Shown: positions 25,012 through 35,149 of the stretch, one piece after another | How the letters are laid out: each line of letters begins with the position of its first letter | Position numbering within the stretch: the first letter of the stretch is position 1 | IMG/VR virus record: IMGVR_UViG_3300033168_000001 | Span: 60 to 64,059 of that record | Reading direction: 5' to 3' (one strand) | Length of the DNA stretch: 64,000 bases | Origin: a virus | Program-made: the position numbers and the translations under genes | The notes under the pieces: generated by a model | Seen by the model: only the letters and a program-made list of their open reading frames with translations | What the model was told of the DNA's origin: nothing | Databases searched by the model: none

Positions 25012-26532
25012 CTAACTCATTCCTATCGTGCTCGTGCCGGTACTGTCGAAAGGATGGAAAACACTCGTGACGCGACGTAACACATGGGTCATCACACTGC
25101 CCTGCTTCTGGTTACGGTTGCCAAGATCAATCGTGACGCCGGCCGCGCCCGCTACCACCTTCGCTCCGGTCAACTGAGGCAGGGCTGCTTTGATCGTCCA
25201 GGCTTTCTCCTGAAAGCGCTCCGATACCGTGAGCCCCGGCAGTTTCTCCGACGCGACGAATGGCACATTCTGCGCGTTCCCGGCTTTCACATCTTGCTGG
25301 TAGATATTGAGCGCGATGACGTCGAGGTTCTGGTGCGCGGGGTTCACGGCCGTCTCCATCGTCACGATGTCGGTCAGGAACATGTGGAACATCAACTGCT
25401 GATTCGCATAGGCCTGCGCCCAATTCTGATCTGTTGCTGAGGGGATGCCGGTGGCATGGATCACATCCACGAACGGCCCGATGCCATAAGGCCCAGGCCC
25501 CGGTAGGGCGGGAGGGGGAGGCGGCGGCGGCGCGGGCGGGTAGCAATTGTACGGACTGTGGGTATCGTGATTCAGCGCAATCGCGTAGATGGGGACGCGG
25601 CTGGCATCCTCGACGATCACTTGTACAACATTTTTGATCCCGTCAAGTTGTATCTCTTCCGAGACACCGGGCATGATAATGCAATCGACCTGACTATCGT
25701 AGGTGTAGGTTGGCGCGATGACGGTATAATCTTGATTCGGTGGCCAGGGCGTGATCTGGAACATGCCTGTTTCATCGACCCACAGCGGGTAGCACTTGAT
25801 GTAGCCAAGCAGCTTATTGATCTCATCGAGGTACGATGTCCCCTCGGCCAGGGTGTAGCCAGGAGCCATCACCGCCGTCAGGGTACTGCTGGTCGGCCAT
25901 GTCGCGGGTATCCAGGTGGTTGGGATGTCGCAGCCGGGCACGCCGTTCACCGAGGGGTTGCCGACGTTATTCGTGCCATCCAGGCCATTGACGAGCATCG
26001 CGTGGATCACGTCGATCACGTAGGCCCCCGCCGGCAGGTACAACGGGATGCCCGTCGCGCTGCTGGTCGCCTCATTTTCACTGACGATATAGGACAGGTC
26101 ACTGAGTGCGCCATGGCGCACGACGGCATAGCCGGGGTCCTGCGCGCCCGGTCTTTTCCACTTGAATATGCCCAGGGGGTACGAGACATACCCCCCGTCC
26201 GGCATGTAGATATGGCATACAGGGCGCACAAGGTCCGTCGAGTAGGCCACGCCCGCTGAGGTCACGATGCCGCCCTGCACCGTGACCATCTGACTGGCCG
26301 CCGTTTCCACCATATCCAGCGTCAGCGTGCGATGGATCGGCTGATCGGCGTCATGCGCCACCTCAAACGACGTGACGAACGGCGTCAAGTCGCTCTTGTA
26401 GCTCTTGTCGCCATTAAGCGCGTCGATCTGCCAGGCCATCTTACGTGTGCCGCCATGTGCATTGATCGCGTTGGGAATAGACGACGCCCCGTAGGCCGTG
26501 CCCGCGCTGCTCGTCTGCGCAAAAGATTGCAT
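25012..26532 (-). CDS. Minor tail / baseplate hub-like protein
   Basis: Follows the distal tail gene; SYPLGIF, LWVDETGMFQITP, KNVVQVI. Confidence 0.6.
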   Translation of the reverse strand: MQSFAQTSSAGTAYGASSIPNAINAHGGTRKMAWQIDALNGDKSYKSDLTPFVTSFEVAHDADQPIHRTLTLDMVETAASQMVTVQGGIVTSAGVAYSTDLVRPVCHIYMPDGGYVSYPLGIFKWKRPGAQDPGYAVVRHGALSDLSYIVSENEATSSATGIPLYLPAGAYVIDVIHAMLVNGLDGTNNVGNPSVNGVPGCDIPTTWIPATWPTSSTLTAVMAPGYTLAEGTSYLDEINKLLGYIKCYPLWVDETGMFQITPWPPNQDYTVIAPTYTYDSQVDCIIMPGVSEEIQLDGIKNVVQVIVEDASRVPIYAIALNHDTHSPYNCYPPAPPPPPPPALPGPGPYGIGPFVDVIHATGIPSATDQNWAQAYANQQLMFHMFLTDIVTMETAVNPAHQNLDVIALNIYQQDVKAGNAQNVPFVASEKLPGLTVSERFQEKAWTIKAALPQLTGAKVVAGAAGVTIDLGNRNQKQGSVMTHVLRRVTSVFHPFDSTGTSTIGMS

Positions 26533-26556
26533 GGTTCATGTCTCCAATCGACGTTC

Positions 26557-27003
26557 TTAGGAGACCTGCACAAAGGACGCGTCAATCTTGACGCCGCCAC
26601 CCGGCTGCCGCTCGAATGAGTCCTGTGTCAGAATGAGCCCGCCTAGCCATGAATTGCCTTCGGTGTCCTGATAGCGCGTCAGCGCGCCGTTGTGCTGCGC
26701 CTGCGCCATCGCCAGCAGCGCCGCTTTGATTTGGAGCGCGGTCATGGTCCCGCCGATACCATTGACAAGCGGGCCGGGCGGCAGGTCATACGAGAGCGTG
26801 ACGGCGGGCACGAAAAGCGTCCCCACTTCGAGGAAAACGCGGCCCAGCGCGGCCACGGGCGTCACGTCATCGATCACGCCTATTTTGTTGGCCTGTCCAT
26901 ATTGCAACAACGCCGGATTGCTCTGTGTGCCGGGGACTTCCGTGCACAGAAAGACGCCTGAATTGAAAGGGTAGCCGTTGCCGCTGTACACGAATTGGGC
27001 CAT
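26557..27003 (-). CDS. Distal tail-like protein
   Basis: Position downstream of the tape measure gene. Confidence 0.5.
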   Translation of the reverse strand: MAQFVYSGNGYPFNSGVFLCTEVPGTQSNPALLQYGQANKIGVIDDVTPVAALGRVFLEVGTLFVPAVTLSYDLPPGPLVNGIGGTMTALQIKAALLAMAQAQHNGALTRYQDTEGNSWLGGLILTQDSFERQPGGGVKIDASFVQVS

Positions 27004-27085
27004 ACGACAACCTCCCCGTTGGCGCGTTCTTTGCGTATAGAGAGATGATGGAGTATGCTAGTGCGCGAAGAGGAGGTGGAGTGAC

Positions 27086-27565
27086 GTGTACGAAAAAACA
27101 ATACCATCAGTTAGTGGGACCGTCGATGTTCGGCGCGTTGTCAGCCATTGGGCGGCGCTCAATGATATCGCTCTCATAGAAACAACTATGCAGCCTCACT
27201 TAGAGATTAGAGGCAAGAAAATCTACTTATCTTCTGCACGAGTGACCTTTTGGGGCTTAGTGCTGTGGATACTAATCGGGATGGGCATATTGGTCGTAGA
27301 GGTAGTCATACTAGCCATGACTAGCGCGCTGCCGGTGGCATCCAATCCTACTATGGGCTTAATCAACTTGCTTATCCTCATCGGTACACCCATTTTCTAT
27401 GTCGTTCGGCAACTTCAACGAAGCAAACCGAGCACTGCTATCATTGCTATTGCCGCCCTCCCCTCACCTATAAGCGACCAGACAAACACCATTCGCATCG
27501 TCTCATCGCTTAATGGCGATGGAGTAAAAGTAACACTCAATAACTTGGTTAATATGCTCCTCTAA
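27086..27565 (+). CDS. Moron-like membrane protein, AT-richer, opposite strand
   Basis: Two TM segments; visibly lower GC; own RBS GAGGAGG; interrupts the tail operon. Confidence 0.65.
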   Translation: MYEKTIPSVSGTVDVRRVVSHWAALNDIALIETTMQPHLEIRGKKIYLSSARVTFWGLVLWILIGMGILVVEVVILAMTSALPVASNPTMGLINLLILIGTPIFYVVRQLQRSKPSTAIIAIAALPSPISDQTNTIRIVSSLNGDGVKVTLNNLVNMLL

Positions 27566-27566
27566 G

Positions 27567-30500
27567 CTAACGCCCGTGCCTGGCTTTGCGCTGCGCCGCC
27601 GCCGACAAGGCTTTAAGCACCACGTCGCCGGTCTCGCGGGGCGTCCTGGACTCATTGACCGTGACGTGGTACGTGTCACCCGCCTTGTGGTGATGCACCG
27701 TATGATGCGTCGCATGATGATGCACGACGGGCGCGTGATGCGGTAGGACGTGCGCCGGAGGATGCAAGACCGCCGGATTAATGTTGGCCACATTGAAGCT
27801 GTTGCCCCAAGAGCCTGATCCACCCTTACCCGTATCGCCTGGGGTTTTACTGGTACTCGCGCCTGCAAGTGGGATTTGGTGATTGCCGGGTAAGTGTTTC
27901 AGCAGGGCGTTGATTGGAGCCAGCACAGCGTTGATGAGATCGTTGAACAAGGCTGAGATGCGTTGCGTGAGCGTGCCCCAGCCAGCCTTCACGCCATCGC
28001 TGAACTTGCCCACAACAGCCTTTCCCAATCCAAGTATTTCAAGGTCAAGGCCCGCGCCCGCGAAGGCGGCGGCCACGGTCGGCCCGCTTTTCTGCCCCGG
28101 CTTGTTCGTCGTCGTCAACCCCTTGAGGGGGAAGCTGATAAGGGCGATGATGGACGCAAACGCGCCTTCAACAGTCCCGGCCAGCCCTGTAGCCGCCGCC
28201 TTGATGACGCCGCCCGACTTGAACGCGCCCACGAGTACGAGCCCGAGCGGCGCTCCAATGCTCAGGGCTTTAATGCCTGTATCGAACGCTCCCTGAATGT
28301 CATGCCCGAAATTGAGGTCTTGCGCCCACGAAGGCGTCGTGGATGTGGACTTCCGGGACGCGACCGATCCGGGACGCGCGGGTTCCGGCTGATGGACAGC
28401 CGCGGGCGGCTTCGTGAGCGTCCGGTTGGCCGGGTTCGCCGACCCCTGCGTCGCGCGACGCGCGGCATCAGCCGCTGCCTTCTGCTCAGATGCTTGCGCA
28501 TCTTGCTGTAAAAGTGATAGTTCCGCGTCAACGGACCCCGATGAGCCTCCACTGCTTGGTGGCTTTGGCCCCTTGGAGTCGTCAAACAAGCCCTTGATTT
28601 TGCCGATACCTGCTGAACCGCCTTTGCTCACAAGCGCGCCGACGACGGAAAAGACGACGGCTGACTCGATCATGCCTGCCCAGTCCGTGCCACCACCACC
28701 ACCACCACCGGCGGGTGTGCCGCTGGCGCCGGGCCCGGTCGGCCATTTCGCGCCCGGCGCAAGCTCCGGCTTGAAGTACAGCGGCAGCGGATGATTAGAA
28801 CCGAAGCCAACGGCGTTGCTGATCGCGCCCGCACTCAGCGTGAGGCCCTTGGCATTGACCGTATCCAGCGTCGCTGATCCGCTGGTGACGTGGACCGTCG
28901 CGCCATGTTTCAGGGTCACGCCGTCGATCTCAGCGCTGCCCTTGACGCCACTGATCGTCAGATGCTTACCCGGCGCGGGGATCACATTGTCAATGATCGC
29001 CGTGCCGCCGACGTTGCCCACAGTGAGTTTCTTACCAGGGGCCACGGTCGCATTGTCGATTTGCACGGTCCCGCGAACGTTGCTGATCGTGATGCCCTGC
29101 TTGACATGGACGCTGTTGATCTCAGCCGCGCCGCCGACCTGGATGGTCGTGCCCTTCTTGACCGAGATACTGTTGATGTCGCCTTTGCCGGTCGCCGTGA
29201 ACGTCGTTCCTGGGGGCAGGCTGACGCTCGTGACCTTAGCTGTGCCGCTGACCGTCACGCTCTCTTTCTTGGGCAAGACGACGCGGCCAACGGTGAACGT
29301 GCCGTCAACGGACGCGATGACGCCGGCCTTCATCGCCACACCGCTAATGGACGCCGTACCTGGGACTGTGACGCCTTTCTTGGCATCCCCACCAAAGGCC
29401 CAATGTGTGATGGTGGCCGTTAGGTCGCTTAGACTCGGGCCCGGCGACGTGTACCAGTGCTTGATCGAGCCCGTCAGGTTCTCAACCGTGCCAGGTAGGC
29501 TGTCAAATATCCACTGTCCAATGTGCGCCGATACGGCCTTCGGGTCAGGCAGCGGCTGATCGAGTATCCATGACCCAATGTGGCCGGGGACAGCGGCGGG
29601 CTGCGGCAACGCATCCATAATCCATGACCCGACATGGACAGCAACCGCCTGCGGGTTGGGGAGTGGCGTATCGAGCACCCATCCCTTTACATGCTCCACA
29701 ATAGACGATGGCGCGATAGGCGTATCGTAGACCCAGGACGCGACGTGTCCCACCCCTGAAAACACGGGAGATGCCGCGTCATCCACGACAGAGGTGACAT
29801 GCCCCGTGAGATTGCCGAGCGCCGTCATCACTGGCTTGAGCGCGCCGTCCATGACGGCTATTGTCGCCACCGTGGCAACGGCGGTCACGGCCAACGTCGG
29901 AAGGACGGCCCCCGCGAATGAGGGGGTTGTCGTGACCGTTGCCGGAACCGTCGCCAGTTCACCCTCGTAGTGCGCCAAATTGGCTTCAGCGCCGGTTGCA
30001 ACGAACGTGGGAACCGTGGCCGGCTGCGGCGCCCCCCCCAAGCCGGGAATGAGCGCGCCAGGGATGCGGCTCAGGTTCAGTAGGTAGGCATCCTTGAACG
30101 CGCTCGCGTCAGTGGCGTTGAACATGGCAATGGTGCGCACCACCGGCGGGATAGACCCAATAGCGTCACTCGCCTTGGTCGCTTGGACCGCTTCTTCGGC
30201 AAAGCCGCCAGCGGCCGCCGACACATCACCCAGCAGCCGGCTGCGGATGAAATCCCCCAACGCCGAGTGCGCTATTTTCAGCCCCAGGAAAATGGTCGAG
30301 ATACCAATGAGCGCGGGCTTCCACGTCGCTTGCAGGAAGGTGGACAAGCCGCCCACGGCCGACAGCATTGAGTTCGCGCCCTGGATCATCCCCGTGAAGC
30401 TGCTCACCATGTCCGTCAGCACCGGCAACAGCGACGTGCCTACCGTCTCCTTGAGATCGGCCAACGAGGCGTTCAGGGCGGCAATCTGGCCCTGCGCGCC

Positions 30501-31340
30501 CTTGGTGCCCGCCGCGCCCTGCCCCGCGAAGGCGGTCTGCTGGACGCGGTTCAAGAGGAACTGCGTGCGGTCGTTGGCGCTCATATGGGGGTTAGCTAAC
30601 TCTTGCATCGTGCGGCGCTGATCCATCAGCGACAGGTTCAGCCGGCTAATGACGCGCTGGGCGCCACGCCCGCCACGCTCAATCTCGCCCAGCGCCGTGG
30701 GCACATCCTCGCCCAGCGCCTTCGCCAGGTCAGCGATCTTGCCCGGCTGGCCGATGATCGTTTCGGGATTGATACCCGCGCCGACGCCTTGCGCCACGGC
30801 GGCTTTCAGGACGCCGACCGAGATACCGAACTTGGCCCAGGTGGTCGACGACTCCTCGATGGCCTTGTTGGTCTCTTGAAACGCGCCGGGCGTCTTGCGG
30901 AGCGCGGCTTGCAGTTGGTTGGTGGCCTGCTCACCGGCGATGGAGTCCTCTATTGAACTTTTCAAGAAAGACGCGCCGAAAAAAGCGGCGCTTAATCCTA
31001 GTCCGCCAACCAAACCCGCTTTAAGATTTGCAAAAGAGCCGGTCAGTTCACTCGCGCCCATACGGAGTGACATAAGCTTCCCATAGGTCTCGCCACTTTC
31101 TACGCCCAGCGTCCCCACAAGTTCTGAGGCGATCTTCACCGATTCACCGAGGCTTTTCGCCTCGTGGGCCGCTTTGGCCTCGCCTTCGCTCATCTTGGCG
31201 AGCTTGTCGCCCGTCGCACTCGCATCGACGCCTGTACCAGCCAATTGGCCGCGCACAGTTTTGAGAGCAGTATCAAGGTTTTGGGTAACGCCGTTGAATA
31301 TAATCTGAACATTAGAGGTCGAGTTGCCCGAATTGCTCAT
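27567..31340 (-). CDS. Tape measure protein
   Basis: 1257 aa; VQIIFNG N terminus; Ala/Gly-rich helical part; position after tube and chaperone. Confidence 0.85.
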   Translation of the reverse strand: MSNSGNSTSNVQIIFNGVTQNLDTALKTVRGQLAGTGVDASATGDKLAKMSEGEAKAAHEAKSLGESVKIASELVGTLGVESGETYGKLMSLRMGASELTGSFANLKAGLVGGLGLSAAFFGASFLKSSIEDSIAGEQATNQLQAALRKTPGAFQETNKAIEESSTTWAKFGISVGVLKAAVAQGVGAGINPETIIGQPGKIADLAKALGEDVPTALGEIERGGRGAQRVISRLNLSLMDQRRTMQELANPHMSANDRTQFLLNRVQQTAFAGQGAAGTKGAQGQIAALNASLADLKETVGTSLLPVLTDMVSSFTGMIQGANSMLSAVGGLSTFLQATWKPALIGISTIFLGLKIAHSALGDFIRSRLLGDVSAAAGGFAEEAVQATKASDAIGSIPPVVRTIAMFNATDASAFKDAYLLNLSRIPGALIPGLGGAPQPATVPTFVATGAEANLAHYEGELATVPATVTTTPSFAGAVLPTLAVTAVATVATIAVMDGALKPVMTALGNLTGHVTSVVDDAASPVFSGVGHVASWVYDTPIAPSSIVEHVKGWVLDTPLPNPQAVAVHVGSWIMDALPQPAAVPGHIGSWILDQPLPDPKAVSAHIGQWIFDSLPGTVENLTGSIKHWYTSPGPSLSDLTATITHWAFGGDAKKGVTVPGTASISGVAMKAGVIASVDGTFTVGRVVLPKKESVTVSGTAKVTSVSLPPGTTFTATGKGDINSISVKKGTTIQVGGAAEINSVHVKQGITISNVRGTVQIDNATVAPGKKLTVGNVGGTAIIDNVIPAPGKHLTISGVKGSAEIDGVTLKHGATVHVTSGSATLDTVNAKGLTLSAGAISNAVGFGSNHPLPLYFKPELAPGAKWPTGPGASGTPAGGGGGGGTDWAGMIESAVVFSVVGALVSKGGSAGIGKIKGLFDDSKGPKPPSSGGSSGSVDAELSLLQQDAQASEQKAAADAARRATQGSANPANRTLTKPPAAVHQPEPARPGSVASRKSTSTTPSWAQDLNFGHDIQGAFDTGIKALSIGAPLGLVLVGAFKSGGVIKAAATGLAGTVEGAFASIIALISFPLKGLTTTNKPGQKSGPTVAAAFAGAGLDLEILGLGKAVVGKFSDGVKAGWGTLTQRISALFNDLINAVLAPINALLKHLPGNHQIPLAGASTSKTPGDTGKGGSGSWGNSFNVANINPAVLHPPAHVLPHHAPVVHHHATHHTVHHHKAGDTYHVTVNESRTPRETGDVVLKALSAAAQRKARHGR

Positions 31341-31447
31341 GTTCGACCTCTCTAAATGATATAATTAGGGTAACGAAAAGCCCCCGCGATGCTGAAACAT
31401 CCGAGGGCATGACCACCACTCAAACCAGTAACGGGAGTGATGATACT

Positions 31448-32128
31448 ATGAGTCTACCTCAACCAGGACAGTTACCACTTTTCACCCTCGAAAAGACATG
31501 TACCGCGTGTCTTAACACAAAGAGCCTGGAAAGTTTCGATAGACAGCTTTTAGGCGCGTGCGGTCGGCGTAGCACCTGTAAGACATGTCGAGCCCTAGAG
31601 CGCCTGCGCAATCGCGACGTTAACCGCGCCTATCAGAAGCTATGGTACGACGCCCATAAAGATCAGGTTAAAGCTAGGGTTCGCGCCTGGCATTGGGCGC
31701 ACCGAGATAAATCGCTTCGGGCTAGCCAAGAGTATTATCGTAGCCATAAAGACCACCTTAACGCCTTAAATCGCATGTACTGGCTCAACCATCGGGAACA
31801 AGTACGTACCATGCACCAACGCTACTATCGGAACAATCCGCATCTATTTCGGCTACACCGATTGAAGCGACGCGCCCGTGAGGCTCAGGCCGAAGGCTTC
31901 TGGACCGTCGCGGACCTCGAAGCCATCCTGTCTCGGCAGCAAGGCTTGTGCGCCTATTGCGCCTGTAAGTTGCAATCTGACATGCATATGGATCACATCA
32001 TCCCTCTTGCGCGCGGCGGTTCCAACTGGCCGAGCAATCTAACATTTTCCTGCCCTTACTGCAATCGAAGCAAGAACGCGAAAACGCCCGAAGAGTTTTA
32101 CGCTTACCGTGCCCGCATCGCTCTTTAG
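31448..32128 (+). CDS. HNH endonuclease with N-terminal Zn finger and W/Y..H helical repeats
   Basis: CTACLNTK...CKTC; CAYC..HMDHIIPLARGGSNWPSNL..CPYCNRSK. Confidence 0.85.
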   Translation: MSLPQPGQLPLFTLEKTCTACLNTKSLESFDRQLLGACGRRSTCKTCRALERLRNRDVNRAYQKLWYDAHKDQVKARVRAWHWAHRDKSLRASQEYYRSHKDHLNALNRMYWLNHREQVRTMHQRYYRNNPHLFRLHRLKRRAREAQAEGFWTVADLEAILSRQQGLCAYCACKLQSDMHMDHIIPLARGGSNWPSNLTFSCPYCNRSKNAKTPEEFYAYRARIAL

Positions 32129-32193
32129 TTTGATTGGGCATTGTTCGACACAAGGACACCTCACAAACAGCGATACTATAGGCAAGAGAAAGG

Positions 32194-32550
32194 ATGGATG
32201 ATGTGATGAACTTCGAGGATTTGGCACGGGCCGAGGTATCGATGCCGGATGGCTATACACCTATGTTAAGGTTAGCGGCGTTGCTGGCCGTTAGTCCTGG
32301 CGAGTGGGATCTATCGAGCCGTGAAACGCACGAGTTGCTGTACGACCTCTGGGCCGCACAGTCAAAACGACGCCCCTGGCCGGACGGGTATGCCACATGT
32401 GATATCACGTTGTCAGGTGGCCCTGCTGGAGAGTTCGATGATACGCGCATCGTCCCCGTCGTTGTGTTCGACAAGCCATATATGTATGTCTCCATCAACA
32501 ACGTTGCCCGTATCCCGCTAGCGCCCGCCACCGCCGAAGAGCGCCGCTAG
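32194..32550 (+). CDS. Hypothetical protein following the HNH gene
   Basis: RBS GAAAGGA; plus-strand island within the tail operon. Confidence 0.5.
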   Translation: MDDVMNFEDLARAEVSMPDGYTPMLRLAALLAVSPGEWDLSSRETHELLYDLWAAQSKRRPWPDGYATCDITLSGGPAGEFDDTRIVPVVVFDKPYMYVSINNVARIPLAPATAEERR

Positions 32551-32703
32551 CATCTCAACGCCTTCGCGCCGCCGCTCATACTCGCGATAGCGTACGTAGC
32601 CGAGCGTGTGCCAGAAACGGTGTACGGGCATGTCCCACACCGCATCCTCGGACCACTGGCCGGGCGCGCTACAGCACACCTCAAGCACGAGGTCGCGCAG
32701 CAC
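32518..32703 (-). CDS. Tail assembly chaperone GT C-terminal part (probably reached by -1 frameshift)
   Basis: WSEDAVWDMPVHRF...EMLAALFGG resembles chaperone T; the frame is open upstream to 32985. Confidence 0.55.
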   Translation of the reverse strand: MLRDLVLEVCCSAPGQWSEDAVWDMPVHRFWHTLGYVRYREYERRREGVEMLAALFGGGGR

Positions 32704-32717
32704 GAACGGTGGTTGGT

Positions 32718-33227
32718 CTACTCCGGCTGGGGCGGCCAGTCCTGCGTCACCTTGACCGCTGGCTGATCCGAGTGCTTGTGGGGCGTCGAAGCCGGAGCGG
32801 AGTTCGCCGCGCCGGTACTTTTCTTTGAGCGCGCGGGCTTCGTCGTCGTCGCCTTGCCCCCTGTGGGAGCCGTGGCCGCCTCCGTTGCTGCGGTCGCTCC
32901 ACCCCGCATCAGGGTAAAAACAATCTGTAGTAACTGGATAAGATCGCTCACCGTGAACAGGTCTATCAGTTCGTCGCGTGTCATGTCAGGGCTATGACGC
33001 TGAAACATCTGCGTCATGCCTGTAATAAGGTCGTCAATGGCCGCTGTGCTGATTTGGTTGTTCGCCAAATCCGTTCCGTGTTGCATCAGGACAGCCATCA
33101 GGCGCAGCGGCAAATCCACCTCAAGGATGTATGTCCCACCGCGCCCGTCATTGATCTGGAAGAGCTTCTTATCGACGCTCCCGAGCGTAAAGACCGGCAT
33201 ACTAGCCGTCATGTGTGGATCAGTCAT
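32718..33227 (-). CDS. Tail assembly chaperone G
   Basis: Between tube and tape measure genes; acidic helical protein. Confidence 0.65.
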   Translation of the reverse strand: MTDPHMTASMPVFTLGSVDKKLFQINDGRGGTYILEVDLPLRLMAVLMQHGTDLANNQISTAAIDDLITGMTQMFQRHSPDMTRDELIDLFTVSDLIQLLQIVFTLMRGGATAATEAATAPTGGKATTTKPARSKKSTGAANSAPASTPHKHSDQPAVKVTQDWPPQPE

Positions 33228-33239
33228 TATCTCACCAGC

Positions 33240-34241
33240 CTAATAGGCCGCCGCGACGGGCAGATTGACCGTGATTTGGTAGGGCGCCACCGCGCCGACC
33301 TTGACAGCCTGCAGCGTCAGCTTCTCGGGCATCGGCGCGCCCTCCGTCGCCGGCGTCAGCACCGTCGAGTCAAAGCTCACGTTCGGCAACGACAGCAGGA
33401 AGGTTTGCGTGGCGTCACTCTGGCATTGAAACGAGGCGCTAAAGGGGCTCGTGGGCAAGAGCGGGCTGTCGGTCGTGCCGTTGTTGAAGTACGCGGCGGC
33501 GGCGGCCCCGCCATCGGTCCAGAACACGTCCAATTCGAGCGTGACGAGGGTGATCGTGCCGCTGAACGGGTTCGGCGTGACGGTCTCGCCAATGTAGTTT
33601 TCAGGGGAGACGCCATTGTCGATCGTGCAGGTGAAGCCTGTCACCTGGCCGTTGAGCGACGTGACCGGCGCGACCCACGTCCCGCCGAAGTAGCCGAAGG
33701 GGAGGTCAGTCAAGACGGAGCTTGTCGCCAGTGTGCCGCCCTGGCTGTTGGTCAGGCCTAGAAAGTCCGCGTCCAGCTTGAGCAGCGGGTCTTCCTTCGA
33801 CGCCGAGATGACCATCTTGTGACAGACCGCATCGACGATCTGCCGGTAGTAGTTGCTGCTGACATTGGCCGCGATGGTATGCGGCTGCAACGCGCCGGCC
33901 GCCGTCCTGGTGATGACGTGGGGATAGTTTGCGCCGGCCAGGGCGCCGGGTACATCGCTGCCAGGGCCAGAGAGGGCCGTGGCGAGCAGGGCCGCCTCTT
34001 TGGGCCGCGCGTAGGTGACGAACTTCGCCATGCCCCACTGGCCGGTCTTGATGTTCAGGGACTGGAAGGCCGAGCCATCGCCCTCGTTGTACTTCTTGGT
34101 GCGCGATTGGGGCTGGGCGTTGGTGCCGTTCTCCCACTTGGGCCAGAGACCGACCGTTGACGAGGGGGGAACAGCCGTTCCGAGGGCGGCTTGCTTGGCA
34201 AGGCCCTGCGCATATGCGCGGCCAGAGACAGTCGTTGCCAT
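33240..34241 (-). CDS. Major tail tube protein
   Basis: GLAKQAALGT N terminus; beta-rich; DAVCHKMVIS..LKLDADF; position. Confidence 0.75.
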   Translation of the reverse strand: MATTVSGRAYAQGLAKQAALGTAVPPSSTVGLWPKWENGTNAQPQSRTKKYNEGDGSAFQSLNIKTGQWGMAKFVTYARPKEAALLATALSGPGSDVPGALAGANYPHVITRTAAGALQPHTIAANVSSNYYRQIVDAVCHKMVISASKEDPLLKLDADFLGLTNSQGGTLATSSVLTDLPFGYFGGTWVAPVTSLNGQVTGFTCTIDNGVSPENYIGETVTPNPFSGTITLVTLELDVFWTDGGAAAAAYFNNGTTDSPLLPTSPFSASFQCQSDATQTFLLSLPNVSFDSTVLTPATEGAPMPEKLTLQAVKVGAVAPYQITVNLPVAAAY

Positions 34242-34317
34242 AATGGTATACCTCCGGCCGTGGCCGCGTTAGTAGGGTCGATGATAAGTGGGAACGGGAT
34301 GGGGCTAGATGTGCTCT

Positions 34318-34665
34318 TTAGGGCGTCGGCTCCGCAGGAAGCGTCGGCTCCGTGGGAGCAGCGACGACCGGTGGAACAACAGGCGCGGCGGGGACACCGG
34401 GCGCCGTGTTCACCGGCTGTACCGGAGTGGCCGCCTGTGGTGTCGCCGTCGCGGGTCCAGGCGCTGTCGCGATCGATGGGGCCGGATTGACGCGCTCCCA
34501 GTCGGTCGGCGGTGGCGTGGGCCACGCCTCGACCTCGCGCGTCGGCACGCTCACCACATCGCCGTTCGTGACGAAGCGCGTCCCATCGGCCGTCGTGACG
34601 CCGATCTCATCCGCGCCGGTGTAGCGCACATCCTCGTAGGGCTCTTGAGTCTCGTTATCAGCCAT
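34318..34665 (-). CDS. Small protein with Pro/Ala/Thr-rich tail
   Basis: Position between tail terminator and tube genes. Confidence 0.5.
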   Translation of the reverse strand: MADNETQEPYEDVRYTGADEIGVTTADGTRFVTNGDVVSVPTREVEAWPTPPPTDWERVNPAPSIATAPGPATATPQAATPVQPVNTAPGVPAAPVVPPVVAAPTEPTLPAEPTP

Positions 34666-35149
34666 TCTTCATGTACTCCATAACACTTATGTCGATAGGA
34701 AGGGCGTAGACGCGGAACATATCAGCGTCGTCGCCCTCGCGTAGATCACTAAAGGCTTTCGTGATGCCCTGCCCCAAGCCAGCCCACACCACCGCGCCAT
34801 CGAGATTAGATGCGCCCGGCGTCATGCTGCGTTCAGCCGCTAACGCGCGCTCTAAGGCGTCGGCGAACCGCGTCGCGCCCGTCAAGAGGTCGGCCCGATT
34901 GGAATAGGTGGCGTCGATCATGTCGGTATAGAACAGGCGATACGTGCCGCTCTCTTGCACCGATGAGCCACTTTGAGGCACGGTGGTTTGACTTTGCGCC
35001 GTCACAATGACGAGGGGATAATCGCCGGTGTAGGGCTCGGGCGGTCCCCACTTGAAGGCGGGAATGTTGAGCGGCGCCGCCTGCGTCGCCAGCCACGCGA
35101 TCCAGGCGTTCAGCACGTCATCGGAGCCGAGCGCGGGTGAGAAAGGCAT
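34658..35149 (-). CDS. Tail terminator/completion protein
   Basis: Position; YPLVIV motif; size. Confidence 0.55.
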   Translation of the reverse strand: MPFSPALGSDDVLNAWIAWLATQAAPLNIPAFKWGPPEPYTGDYPLVIVTAQSQTTVPQSGSSVQESGTYRLFYTDMIDATYSNRADLLTGATRFADALERALAAERSMTPGASNLDGAVVWAGLGQGITKAFSDLREGDDADMFRVYALPIDISVMEYMKNG

